From Laetmonice hystrix (Eukaryota): a stretch of 64,000 nucleotides of DNA. The stretch spans positions 4,960,001 through 5,024,000 of the forward strand of contig OZ249446.1 in assembly GCA_965235115.1 (NCBI GenBank), in the 5' to 3' direction. Shown piece by piece: positions 12,199 through 24,810 of this stretch. The notes under the pieces are model-generated. The model saw nothing but the letters and a program-made list of their open reading frames with translations. It had not been told where the DNA came from and did not search any database. Position 1 is the first letter of the stretch. Every line of letters begins with the position of its first letter. The position numbers were made by a program, and so were the translations under genes.

Positions 12199-12829
12199 TC
12201 GAATCCCCTTGAGACCTACTCGGTTCGGCTGCTAGGATTAACTTGACGTGGGTGGAGCGAATTAAACCATTATTTTGAAGACCTACGAAATAACCCAGAA
12301 ACTGACTTGCTTTGCCACTAAAAGCGCCCAACTGGGAGAAACCTTTTAAAACGACTCGTCGAAAGGTTGATGGGGTAGGGCGCTAGCGAGGAGACTATAT
12401 GTTAGCGCGGAGTGGTCTGCTTTGTGAAAACGTCAACGGCTGAAAGCGGCACTGCTTGGTAACGCGGCACGATTTGGAAGTACTCCGGTCGGGTCCTCTG
12501 GGCCGTAACGTTCGTGTCTCGAGGCGTGTCCAGATTGATTAGTTAAAAATCGGATCCTTGGGCGATCTCTATAAAGGCAGGTTCAGCACCAACAACAGCA
12601 ACTCGGCTCCCACTGCCACTACCATAACCAAATGTTGTGACCATTAACTTTCTCTGCCCGCGCTCCCTTCGGGGCCAGTTCTGGGAAAGGTCCCAAGCTT
12701 CAAGCCCTGGCTGTTTGCAAGGGGCGAGGAATGGGGTGAGGTGAACGTATTTGTGTCACATTGCAAAATCATCCATACGTCCTTCCAATATAATTATGCG
12801 TTCTCCCCACTACTGAGTAGTGCTTCGCA

Positions 12830-13024
12830 ACTGGGTTAGCGAAGTCTTTCTCATATCTAGCCGTGTCTGTGTGACTGGACACGTAAACCCAAAAAACTAT
12901 TTCGTTTTAAGGGGTTGCCTCCTGCATCCCCCTCAGACTGGGGGTCGGTTTGATCCTGCATTATCGCCCTGAATATTATCTGACATCCTATCGACAGGAT
13001 GTAAAGCCACAAATTCACTCACTC
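12830..13024 (+). mobile_element. Diverged SINE remnant (CACT-tail family)
   Basis: GGACACGTAAACCC core-like motif, CGCCCTGAATA, and GATGTAAAGCC...TTCACTCACTC tail. Confidence 0.45.
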
Positions 13025-15406
13025 GTTCTTTTCCCATGTTGGCGCATCCACCAGTAACACAATATTAACTCTATCCGTATTCTACGATGGCATGGTGGGC
13101 GTTAAGCCTTCAAGTCCTGATTGAAGGGCAATCTGGCACTCTACAGGGACGTATGACGTGAATCATAAAGAGTTTCTCAGAGAACCATTTTTAGAGATTA
13201 ATATAAACCATACCTCACTTTCAATGGCCCCTTTATATTCTAATGCTAGAATGTAGACACAAAACGTGTAGCAAATATCCACTGAATGGAATTGATGAGA
13301 AGAACAAAGAAGAACAGTGGTTATAATTTTACACACCTTTTTGGCAACTAATGCACATTCCACTAGATGTATGTCATTCCTGTTATAGATGGCCCAGTAT
13401 GATCCCCATGTAGGTATCCACCCTTCCCCTCCAGTAAGCAGATGGAGTGGACTGACGTCTGGGATTCTCGCCGGGAGGCGGGGACACGGTGGACGGCCCG
13501 CCCGGACGGGGTTTCTCTAGATAAAACGGATCGAGTCTGTCATCTATAGAGGTAAAGGATAGGTAGACGTGTAATATACATAGCTCAGGATGTAGGTAGC
13601 CGGTGCACCATGTCCCTGCCCCACCTGGAGATAGATCACCATGTCTCCCTACCCTTGTCCATCCCACTCACTCTCTCGTAAATCATGGTCCGCACACACC
13701 ACCTGAGCATCTTCCAGATTACAGGGTCTCCTTCCTCCAGGAAGGCCACAGCCACGGTCAGTGGCCGTCGGTGCGATTCACCGCCTCCAGATGTGTGGGT
13801 TGGCATGGATCACATTATAAAAATGTGATCACGTGGATAGAATACATGCACTATTGGCGAGGTTTGAGGTTAGGTTTCTAGGTTGCGTTTGTGGGTGGTA
13901 GACAGCGGGGCTAGGGTGAACTGGAGGAATGGGGTTAGGGGTGGGGGTGAGGGCTCGCAAAATAAAAACGAAAACACTGCACGTTTCGAGACGTGCTAGA
14001 AAGTTACGAAGGTAATCAGATCGCTCGGCTAGTGTGACTTGTTTCTTTTTTAAACCTTAAGATGTAAAGATGTAAGAACGTAAAATCCCATTGTTTTATC
14101 GTATGTGTTCTATCCAATTAGACGAGCTCTGCCACTATTCCTATGGTAGTCCTATCGTACGGAGGGTTCCTACGACATTCCAGAAGACTGCGTGTACCGC
14201 AGAAGGACGAGGTTGAGCTGGTCAACTATATGAAGTTTATTCCAGTTCACTTTCCCAATTGTTGTACAAAGTTATAACATGAGTATATAGAGAAAACCAT
14301 TGTCAAACTGACCAATGATATACAACATAAAAATTGTTGTTAAAGCCAAGTAAGTTGGCACTGGCAGACAGTCTAATGAGCAGTTAATAGTGAGGCAGAC
14401 ATCCTGGCACTAGTGAGCTGCTTCACAGAGGTGGGAAACAATAGGTGAGAAAACACTTGTATTACGGGTTCCCTGTGATGAGCGACTCTGCCCCTATGAC
14501 TGTACTGCCTTCATTAATAAAACAACTTCCTAAACAAAAGCTGGGGAAAACCATCAATGGAGAACATATGTCACCCAAGAGATTACATTGTTTGTTAACT
14601 TAAGATGCTGGTAGCAAACAATGAATACAAACTGAACATCTGAGAGCGGTGGTTAAATCCTTAATGCACCACAACATGGTTGGTAAATGTCTATAATGTC
14701 TATGTCTATAATGAACATATCTTTCTGGGTGTATATCAGACGTATACAATTTAAAACTAAACATAAGAATTGTCTCTGACATTAAGTTGTCTGTTCATTA
14801 TTTTGAGCAAGAGTTGCCCATAGTGAAACTAGGGGTACGATAGTTCCATGGAAATACATGTAGCTACGCAGTCTGACTTGCCCAAAAACATGGACTTGTC
14901 TGTTCCAGGGATCGTTGTGAGGTTTAAAAAATTGCATAAAAAGCCTGCCACATATCAAGGGCATATAGAAAATCATAAATTGGACTGTAAAAAGGAGACG
15001 GGATGCGATTATTTCTTGTTTAAACATTAATTATAACACATCGAGTAGCGTTTCATTGAAAAAAATGTTCTCGATGTTCTTTTCCGAGGTTGTTATACGA
15101 CACCTTCGAAATTTATCGGATATCTCGAAATAGACTGGAATACCTCCTATTTTGTTTTGCGATCATCAATCCTAAGGGGGCATGACCCCATGACCCCATG
15201 ACCCCACCCCACCAGTACTCATGCCAAATGTAGGGATAGTCAGGGCTGTTGCGCATGCCATGCAATATGGTCCTGCCGGATACACAGGTGTTGGAAGGAT
15301 CGATATTTGGAGCGATGGGGACGGACCAAGCCGGTGATTGATCTTCTGACGCCAGGAGAATGAAGTGAATTGGAAGTAAAGTGGTTGTGACCACGTCTGT
15401 CTACCT

Positions 15407-15827
15407 GCCCAACACATGTCTGAAAAATGTATGGCCCTTGACAGAACAGAGTGCCCAACACATGTCTGAAAAATGTATGGCCCTTGACAGAACAGAGTGC
15501 CCAAAACATGTCTGAAAAATGTATGGCCCTTGACAGAACAGAGTGCCCAACACATGTCTGAAAAATGTATGGCCCTTGACAGAACAGAGTGTCCAACACA
15601 TGTCTGAAAAATGTATGGCCCTTGACAGAACAGAGTGTCCAACACATGTCTGAAAAATGTATGGCCCTTGACAGAACAGAGTGTCCAACACATGTCTGAA
15701 AAATGTATGGCCCTTGACAGAACAGAGTGCCCAACACATGTCTGAAAAATGTATGGCCCTTGACAGAACAGAGTGCCCAACACATGTCTGAAAAATGTAT
15801 GGCCCTTGACAGAACAGAGTGCCCAAC
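15407..15827. repeat. 46-bp minisatellite, about 9 copies (GAGTGCCCAACACATGTCTGAAAAATGTATGGCCCTTGACAGAACA)
   Basis: 46-bp period read directly; source of three overlapping minus-strand ORFs. Confidence 0.97.
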
Positions 15828-16219
15828 GTATACGGACATTCCCAAATCAGGATTTGTTGGGGGAAAATCTTTGAAGTCTGGAGGCCCAGAAACACCATTT
15901 GCAACACTCACATACGAATATTTCATTAAATTGATCATTACTTCAGATGATACTTGAAGTATTATAAGAAGTTGACAAAATATCTTTCTGGGCTCGTTGC
16001 TCGTGTGTCGGGATTCGGGATTTTCAAGCACAATCGGGATAATCCCGACGAGATGGGGATCGTTGGACACTGCAGAATACCAGGAATGGGTTAATGTCTG
16101 TAGAAAGGACTATAGCAAAATGCCCCTGGCGTAACGGATTAGGCCATGGTGTGATTGCCTGTCATGCCCCTGTATATTTAAGTACATGCGCACATTCATA
16201 TAGTTATACAATTGGGAGG

Positions 16220-16274
16220 CAGTGGATGAGCCCTTCGTCCACACACAGTGGATGAGCCCTTCGTCCACACACAG
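16220..16274. repeat. 26-bp tandem duplication; each unit can form an 8-bp hairpin
   Basis: CAGTGGATGAGCCCTTCGTCCACACA x2. Confidence 0.85.
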
Positions 16275-16744
16275 CAGGGTGCTGTGAGTCAAGGTTACGG
16301 GGCGTGCCACAGACACTACATCATGATGACGGTACCGAGGACATAACGAATTCAATACTGCATATTCCTCAGGCTACAGTCACCGATAACGGGCACCTGT
16401 ATTCACCTGGCATACCGTCTGGATAGAGCAGGGCCTCAACTTTGTACACTCCCCATAGCGAAACCAACCTTTGACTGACCCCTCACCTTTTAACAGTCTA
16501 TTGACGGCGGCAGTAAGAGTGTAGCTCGGTGGCCGTCAGGGGGCGCCCGGAGTACACCCGATATGCCGGATGGGTGAGGTAGTCACCATAGTGTGTATCA
16601 GTTGTTGGCAACAGGCGGCCATTCTGACGGATGGTGCTGCCCAGGGATAGAACTGGCTCACTGTATCCCTACAGGGGACGTATACATTTAGATTTTACGG
16701 AAAATACCCGTGAGCATTTAACGGTTTCCCCCGCATTTCGACTT

Positions 16745-17473
16745 TCATGGGATTTAGTAGGGCTGAAATGATACACTCGGGCCACAAACGAACAAACGAT
16801 ACGATACATATCACGATCGTTTTCAAGTTATACTTGATTGCTTGGGTCAAAACACACTGTGTATGTGAGCTATTCCCTCAACCAATGGCGCCCGAGATGA
16901 CCACAGAGCATCATATTCTGGAGCTAGAGTGTCTCAGGACACTTTTTACTATGACTTGTATCGAGCTGAGAGTAACTAAAAATGAAGAGTATCTAAAAAA
17001 GGGGAACTGATCCTAGAGGCTTGGTCCAAGTCCTATACCGTTCGAAGATCTGTCGTCTGGAGAACACACGATAGCCCATTGAGAGTCAACTGGTTTGGAA
17101 CCTTGCCGCAGATTGAGCCCACTGACGGGGTATGGGTTCTATTGCTAGATCCCTTTAGAAGAGTTGTGTCCACCTATCGCCGAGTTATACCCTCCCCTCT
17201 CCAGGTGGACACACACCAACCGAGCCGTGTATTTAACCATCAGGTGTGAAGCTTGCTTTTCGGAAAGTACTGGCCCAATGAAATACCTGCGACCACTAGA
17301 GCTGCAACGCCGTGCTACAGGGTCGGGTACATACTCTCCCACCCAAAAGAAATTAAAAGAAAAATTCATACCCCTACATTCTGTGAACACCAATGTGCAG
17401 TTTCCTGGTGTCGAACTATAACATGTGGCCGTAGCCTGGGGGGGGGGAGGGGGGGACTGCCCCCTGGGATTTC
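16745..17473 (+). repeat. Dispersed composite repeat, copy A (inverted relative to 46473-47439)
   Basis: Aligned by eye to the reverse complement of 46473-47439; near-identical core at 16923-17227. Confidence 0.9.
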
Positions 17474-17599
17474 GGATTGTTTGTAACCTCCCCCTCTTGG
17501 TCTCTTAAAGTATCCTCATCCAGTCACCAACGTGTGAGAATGTATAGCAAATCTTTCATGCGACCTTTATGCAGACATCCTTTTACAAGTTCATAAAAG

Positions 17600-18300
17600 G
17601 TCAAAACGCCAAGAAAGGTCCCCTATAATCCTATTACTTTTCTTTTTTTCATGAAACCAGATATCCGCCTCTCTGGCCCTCTCTGTCTCAGAACTTGAGA
17701 CCAGTCTGTTGATATCCATGAAGGAACAGTGGCCATGTCCCTCATCAAAGTGCGACAGGTACAAAGTGTTGGCACTGCGATCCTCCCACGATTGGTAACC
17801 TGATATGTTTTCTACAGCCTTTGTCCTGCCTGTAAAGTCACCAATACATGTACCCAACACCTCCCGCACATTCCATCGGTGTCAGATAATACACCAGCTC
17901 CCCTCCTCCCAATATTATCTTCAGATGGTTGGTAGAGGACCCTACAAGACCTCCCGATGATGTGGTGTTTGCCGGCCTTTCTGTCTTGACTAACGTCTTC
18001 TCGGTCCCTATTTCCCAACGCATACATCTGTGATCGATCAACCAAGCTAAAAAAAACAGACCAATGTTATTCCATTCTCTGTGGACGTGTGGCGCTACCT
18101 GACTGTAGATTTGTCTTTTAAAAGAGTCTATATAGGGTCTAGCTTGTCTGAGTTGCATAAATATCTTAAAGGGAAAGAAATCCAAGTCTCTGACAAAAGA
18201 TGGTCAGCATCTGTCTGGGCGTGTCAGTATAATCAGACAGGTAGGCCTGCAATGTCGACGGCAAAATGTCAGCGACAACTGTACCTCCCTGTGCGATATT
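17600..18300 (-). mobile_element. Decayed LINE RT C-terminal (thumb) region
   Basis: IGDFTGRTKAVENISGYQSWEDRSANTLYLSHFDEGHGH resembles GDY.RT.SVT.M..LGW.SLE.RR..RL..FYKI.HG of CR1/L2-type ORF2; frameshifted. Confidence 0.35.
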
Positions 18301-18449
18301 AAATTGCTGAATGTCTGTCAATAATTACAAGGAAACGCAGCAGACAAAAAATATTATATTAAACAGTCGACATCAGCACTTTCTTTGTAGCTACCATTCA
18401 TCAGGGCATAGTCTACATGTCCGTGCATCAACAGTTTAGCAAAGGCCAA

Positions 18450-18625
18450 GGCCTGGTTTTTAGTTTGCAAACCGAGTCTTAAGATTCAAATCTTAAGACT
18501 GAACTCTTGTTTCAGAGCTTCTGATTGGTCCTTCAAATGAAGTCAGCCAATGAGAGACCATAACACAAGTCAGTCTTAAAATCCCAGTCTTAAGATTGGT
18601 AAAATGACGAACTAAAAACCGGGCC
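18450..18625. mobile_element. MITE with 16-bp TIRs and internal TCTTAAGA palindromes
   Basis: Left GGCCTGGTTTTTAGTT, right AACTAAAAACCGGGCC (15/16 complementary); mirrored GATTGG/CCAAT inside. Confidence 0.8.
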
Positions 18626-21600
18626 CAGGCCTTTTGTGGAAATACGTTCATTGGCGGTTTGATAAGGAACACCAAGATGACTGAAAGGCTGTTGTCATTT
18701 TTGTATTGTCAGTTGAGATGGTAGATGTTGCCATTGTAGATTGCAACATCTACCATTGGTTATTGACAGTCAGGTTGCGAATATCATGTGGTTTGGTGCA
18801 GAATATAAGTCTTTTGGGGTCGTAAAGCCAGCTGCGCACAGACCCTGAATCTCCCCGACTACCTGACAGCATATCTTTGTGAGTTTCTGACTATAATTGC
18901 CAGGAGTTCAGGTGTACAAGGAACACCTGCAGTCTTTTCTGAAGCCATCCCGATATTTTTGTTCGCTAATCTGTTTGAATGTTAACCAAAAGAATGATGG
19001 ATCTTCCACAGTTTTTAGTACTAATGATGTACATAAATTGGACAATAAAGCCATATGATAGATTTATTTTAGTCCAATGGATAAGGAAAAACAGTGTCAG
19101 GTACATTTCTGGTACAATCATGACTAGAAAACATAATATCATTAAGGAAAGAACGAGGGAAGATGGATGGCTTCAGAAATGTAGAGGCCGAGTCTGATAT
19201 CGTGTAGATAACGATGTTACTGACTCTACCAGAGTGATGTACGTAAAAGAACCCTTGCAACTTTTCGATAAGAGACCTTGTGTATCGGTTTCTCTCGTAT
19301 CATCTTATCGTCATTACTGGATAGAAAAAACGACTTGGTTCGGCTCAGAAGATGGCCAACTGCTACTAAGAGGACGCAAAACCACCAACCAACTACCACT
19401 GTATTTGCCAGAAACACGATTGCCAAGGTCTGGGCCTGTTATTTGAACCCGCACCTAAGGCCACAGGAGTATTCGAACACCGGCCTGGAGACTCGCGTGT
19501 AATGGGTGAACAATCGAACGACCTTTGCTCTTGGAACAGTTGCAGTTTTGCAGGCCACCAGGAAGGACAGCTAAGGTGCAGGAATCGAAAGAATGGAGAC
19601 CTTAGGTGCAGGAATGGAACAAATATTCCACATAGGGACTGCGGGTGCTGCCGTGATGGCAATACTCGGAGGGCGTCATCAAAGGCGGTGCTGAAAAGCT
19701 ATGAATGTGCTATGGCAGGGGGAACGCGGAAGGCAACCGGGTCGTCTTCCCATGTCATGCAATAGCGTCATTTTGGCGGCCTTTAGAAGCGTCTTTCTCC
19801 CTTTCATCTTCTCATTACCTTTAGGGTCTTTCAGGGTGGGTTAGCCTGTCGTGCAACACCCTGTGTCTCCAACTACTGACAGGACACGTCAAGCGGGACA
19901 ATTTCCAAGTGTATTGGCACTTATACTGATCCTGTCTCATTATTTCTGCCACGGTTGCCATTGCATAAAAGTGAATCAGGTTTCGCGGTCAGGCGACTAA
20001 CAATTAACGCTGGATGAGAGGCATGCAGGGATACTCTGTATTCATATATGAGAGGCATTCTCCTCCGTTTTCATTTAATTTTTAAATAATTAAATATCAC
20101 TTTTTACATCGGTTGAAAAGACTTTTTTCCACCAGTGACAGGGCTTGTCAACTAAAACTAATCAACACATTCTTGTGATGCGTTCACGTTATTGTGGGGA
20201 TTCTTGACTCTTATCCTGAAGTTCAGTAATTTTTCTTCCAGCAGGGAATATGTATATGCACTGTGTCAGGCCATCTGTTGTTATAACGGATGTCTGGCAA
20301 CCGGCAATTGGCGATCTAGATCCGACGGTCGTGCAATTAATGAAACAATCGCTATCACCAAACAATACTTTTGTTCGAATGGGTGCCTCTCCAAATGTCG
20401 CTCGGAAGGGTAAAATAACATCTTTATTTTCTGTCTAAGAGGGCCTGGGAGAAACTAATTCTCTTATTAACTCTGGTTTCACAGTGAAGGTTAAATGCCT
20501 CGCGAACAAGTTTTCTTTGACAACTTTCCTTGACGAGTGGTGTGCCTGTGTAGGCTGTCGAATGATTACCTACAAGTTTTCGTCGCCCATGGCCACCATT
20601 CCTCGTTCAAAAGCCAGCACAACCAGCTTCCCAACGAGTGGGAATTGACGAGGAACCACTGTCACCTTTCCCTTTATATACGGGCACATTTTTCTGGTCA
20701 ATGAAGACTTGTCAAGGAAAACGTTTCCGTGTGGAAAGGGGAAGTTGCCAACATGACATCAACCCCCAACTCAAACCCTCCTAGCCCATCACCAATTGAA
20801 GTTATTGTAGTCATCTCTTTATTTTTCAGAACCCCCTTAGAAAAATGGAAAGAATATCGAATACACTTTCTCAGTAAAATAGTCAGTCGGCACTCTAACA
20901 CTCAGGACCCCCACAGAGAGGGGATTTGCCTGGATCCCAATTCTATGCGATAGTCTCCGTTTGTCGATCCCTTATCTGATGCTATATGTATCTAGCGTTA
21001 TTTTCAATGCATCAGTTCTAGCAATCCGGTTATAGTATGTAAATATATACATACACTGGTAGGGGGTGATATCCATCTATTACATTCCGGCTTTATTTCA
21101 CGATGTCAGATTAGAAGGGGAGGATGATTCCCCAAGTCGCTATTACCAGAGACGTCCGAAGCGGGTATAAAATCACACTAACAATGCATACAACCGGCGG
21201 TGTTATTGCCAGCAGTGCACACACTCACGTTAACAATACCTCCCTTTGCTGCCATCAGCCGGCAGCGAAATGGATACTGGAGTACGACAGGTGGTTCTTT
21301 TAGTTGGCTTTATTTTATTTTATATTTATTTCTGTTTCAGTGCGTCTGGATCCCTTGCTGTTTAGAAAGCCGGAGGCTTGAGAGGAATCGGAGACATGTC
21401 TTAGTGTAGCCAATCGGGGCAGTGCCAGGGTTGTCAGTGAGCTGTGGAGGTAGACTGAAGACAAATCCTAGGGGAATGCCATATTGACAATATCTCACCG
21501 AGCAAATCAATGAATGTTGCTTGGGAGAGTACATTACATTTCTGTTTCGCCATTGTGTTTTGACCGCAGTGGACTATGGATTCATACTAATAGTTCCCCA

Positions 21601-21945
21601 GGGGCCTTCCCAAACACTTACATCTACATAAAGCGAGAGGCGATCTGTAAGGGCCGATATGAAAATGATATTCCAACATGAGCGGACTTTATTTTGTGAT
21701 GTACGACCACTAAGGTCGAGTATGATGCTTCAGATACTGTACTTCACGGCGTGGTGGTGTACTAAACAACCTACTGATTCATACAAACACTGTTTCATCT
21801 CTAGATGCGAGGCTATTTTCATTGATTCGCTCAGTTTTACGATATCATTCTTACTTTACGTGATGTCGCACGCAATGATAGTGACAACTCAAACTTTAAA
21901 CTTCTTGTTTCTGGTAGCGCGGTAATTGAAGCTATGGGTGCGTCA

Positions 21946-22193
21946 CACTGGGGGATCCAGGGGGCCCGGCCCCTACCCCTTAGATTTTCCTTCTTTTTTT
22001 AATGAAGATGTTATGACTTTATTTGAATAATATACAGTATTTGAATAAAATAAAACATTTGGAAGTATGTTAATAGCAATTATTTTGTGTGTGTTATATG
22101 TATGCAGAATCAAATCATGCTGAGCGTATCCAGGCTAAAAGTAATGTTGGGTGCCCCCCCCCCCCCCTTATCAAAATCCTGGATCCGCCACTG
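21946..22193. mobile_element. MITE with CAGTGGCGGATCCAGG-type TIRs
   Basis: Left CACTGGGGGATCCAGG, right CCTGGATCCGCCACTG (14/16); poly-C subterminal tract. Confidence 0.75.
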
Positions 22194-23202
22194 CCCCTCA
22201 TCCCAATAAAAAAACCCACACGATTAGATTTCTGATCAAGTCCAATCCCACGGCCAAGAGGGCGCTCAAATGGAGCCAAAGTCCCAGTCGTCGGTTGGCG
22301 TTTAAGTAAAGCAGAATTAGTGACGAATGACCCGGAACTCTAACTGTGACTGTTTTGCCCATGAATTCGCCCATCCAATTCCAACTGCTGCTCCCAGTAC
22401 CTCTTTCCCGTTACAGCTCGATCGAGGCCATCCCGTGTAGGATTGGGGCAAACTGGTGGAAATTAAACTGATTCTCCCGGTCACCACGACTTGGGGACAT
22501 GAAGAAAAATCCTAGCGGAAGTAAAGAGAGTTTTGAACCGTTCATATGTCTTCATGATTTGACCTTATGGATTGACTATCTGAGATTCTATATTGTCCCA
22601 TGCCGGGATAGAACACCAGAGCCCCACGATATGGATGGGCAGGCAATGCCTAAAACTGCATCCTACCATGAAGGTTGGTTTTATTCATGAGCCTTCCTAT
22701 AGATCTTAGATACTAATTTCAACAGGATAACGAGGCCGTACACGGGTACTCTTGGGGCACTGACGTCTCAGTTCGATCAGAACCGTAACTACCCACACGA
22801 GTGGCTTCCACTAAAATCAACAAGGGTTTTGATGAGACCGGTGCTCCATATATCACTGATGTATACACACACGTTATTTCTCTGTTGGGTTTGCGAACAT
22901 TCTTGGTCATCGTCAATAATGATTAGAAGCGCGATCCGTGACAATCTACATGAGATTGAGCCGTGTAGCGCACAGACTGCACCATGCAGAAACCGAGCCC
23001 AGCCAGGGTATATTCTATTCAATCAACCACAGGGAAATGAATCATCGCAGCTCCAACTTAAAGAGACAGTCGTGAGAAATGGTATTAACTCCCAATACCG
23101 CCTGAGTTACCCGCTTGGGGATCAGTGGCAAGAAGGTCCTCATCTTTAGCCATTGTAAGAGGCGAGGAATCGGGCGAGGATATTCCCCAATTCACTCAGT
23201 AA

Positions 23203-23413
23203 AGTGCTGAACCCACCAAGGCGATTCCCCTTGCGACGCCCATGCGATTTTGACATCACCCTTTTATTTTACTGTAATTTTGAGATTAAAGGATGGAACC
23301 CATTTCCTGACACGGAGAAGGCCAGCCAGGAAAAATTTCAGAGTGAAATTCCACCATTAAATCAAAAACCGCATGGCCGTCGCAAGGGGAATCGCCTTGG
23401 TGGGTTTAGCACT
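23203..23413. mobile_element. 211-bp foldback MITE with about 50-bp TIRs
   Basis: AGTGCTGAACCCACCAAGGCGATTCCCCTTGCGACGCCCATGCG... is mirrored by ...CGCATGGCCGTCGCAAGGGGAATCGCCTTGGTGGGTTTAGCACT with few mismatches. Confidence 0.88.
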
Positions 23414-24757
23414 TCACTCACTCACTCAGTCATCAACCACCTCATTTACCAAGGCTCTTTGGTTTCAATATCCTAAATTTCTATGAATTATAGGCCTCTC
23501 AACAAGAGATGCTTACTGATTCGTAACGTAGTCACCACAGGAGGTTATTTCATTAACAAACTTCCGTTGCTACTTTAACATCGCATTGCTGCATGCTTAC
23601 AGCTTTTGTGCCAAGAAGACATGGAAGACGTTTCAAATCACTTTCAGTAAAATTGACATTGGAAAAACATTTAACACAGACTATCAAACAGCCGGTCATC
23701 CCCCACCCCACCCCTTCAGGTGGGCGGGGGGGGGGGGGCGTTATGGTAAAGACAGAATCCAAGTGTGTTGGACCTAACGTCTCATATTTAGACTAGTGCA
23801 TCGATCACCTAGATATCTATTTTTTCTATCTTGATGTATCCTGACTCCCGTCTGGCAGACCTAACAATCGCATTAAGTCCTAATGCCAAATGGGTCAGCT
23901 GGCGATGCCATGTGACCGAACTCGCCGAATACCAACCACTGGACTCGGCCTCCATTTCTAAGCATGTCAGGCGAATCGCAGAGGGGCGCCCTCCTCCTCA
24001 TTTCCGCTCAACAATGTCGGTAGAAACCAGCGTCTTCAAATGTCACTGGAAGGCACGCCTACTGAAGGATGCAGCTTGGAGATAAACTCACGCGTTCCAT
24101 CTAGGCTGTCTTCAGTGTGGCCAACATGTTATTTCCGTGATCAGCAAATCTGTGATAGTCATTTTGTTGTTCATCCACGAACAATGAATGATCATCCCAT
24201 AATAAAAACCGTTGTCGGAGTGACTGATTGCTGATAGGCCTACGCTGCCAGCCCTCGTGATATTACTACTCCTCTTCAGCTTTAATGCCTTGTGCTGTGG
24301 TTAGAACCGACTCTAGATTTATATTCTCCTCCCCCCGGAACTGCTACCACGGCTCTTGTCATGGACGCCAAGGGCTGAATGCCTGTATCTCAGGAGTTAT
24401 ATAGAAAGGCCTTATCCGGGGACAAGGATCGGTGATCATCTGTCAGGGTGCCTCATTTGATGGTCATGTCGCTCTACCACGCATGTTATAAACTTCAATA
24501 GAAGCTATCTGACACTGCGGATTACTTCATGGTTTATAACCCAAAGGTCCACGGTCGCCTTTGGTAGCTACCCTCAGAAAGAAAATGGCCTCCTACTAAA
24601 CGACCAGGCAGTGGACTGTCGCCCAGATATGGACCATAGTGCGGGATAGTAAACACCCATAATATGACCGGGTGCTAGACACGCCTTAAAACCAGCCGTC
24701 ATTAAATGAGTCTGCTTCCTTGAGCGCTCGCCTACCATCCCTGGCCTACTCCATTTC

Positions 24758-24810
24758 TGCGCCTGCGCAAAGAATTGGATCTCTTCTGCGCATGCGTGTT
24801 GCGTAGCAAC
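24758..24810. promoter_or_regulatory. NRF1-like x2 plus RFX X-box-like motif cluster; candidate promoter
   Basis: TGCGCCTGCGCA 24758-24769, TGCGCATGCG 24787-24796, GTTGCGTAGCAAC 24798-24810. Confidence 0.35.

Noticed and set aside
12582-12602. RE1/NRSE-like site TTCAGCACCAACAACAGC
   Set aside because: Only the left half is perfect, it is far from the channel gene, and REST relevance in this lineage is doubtful.
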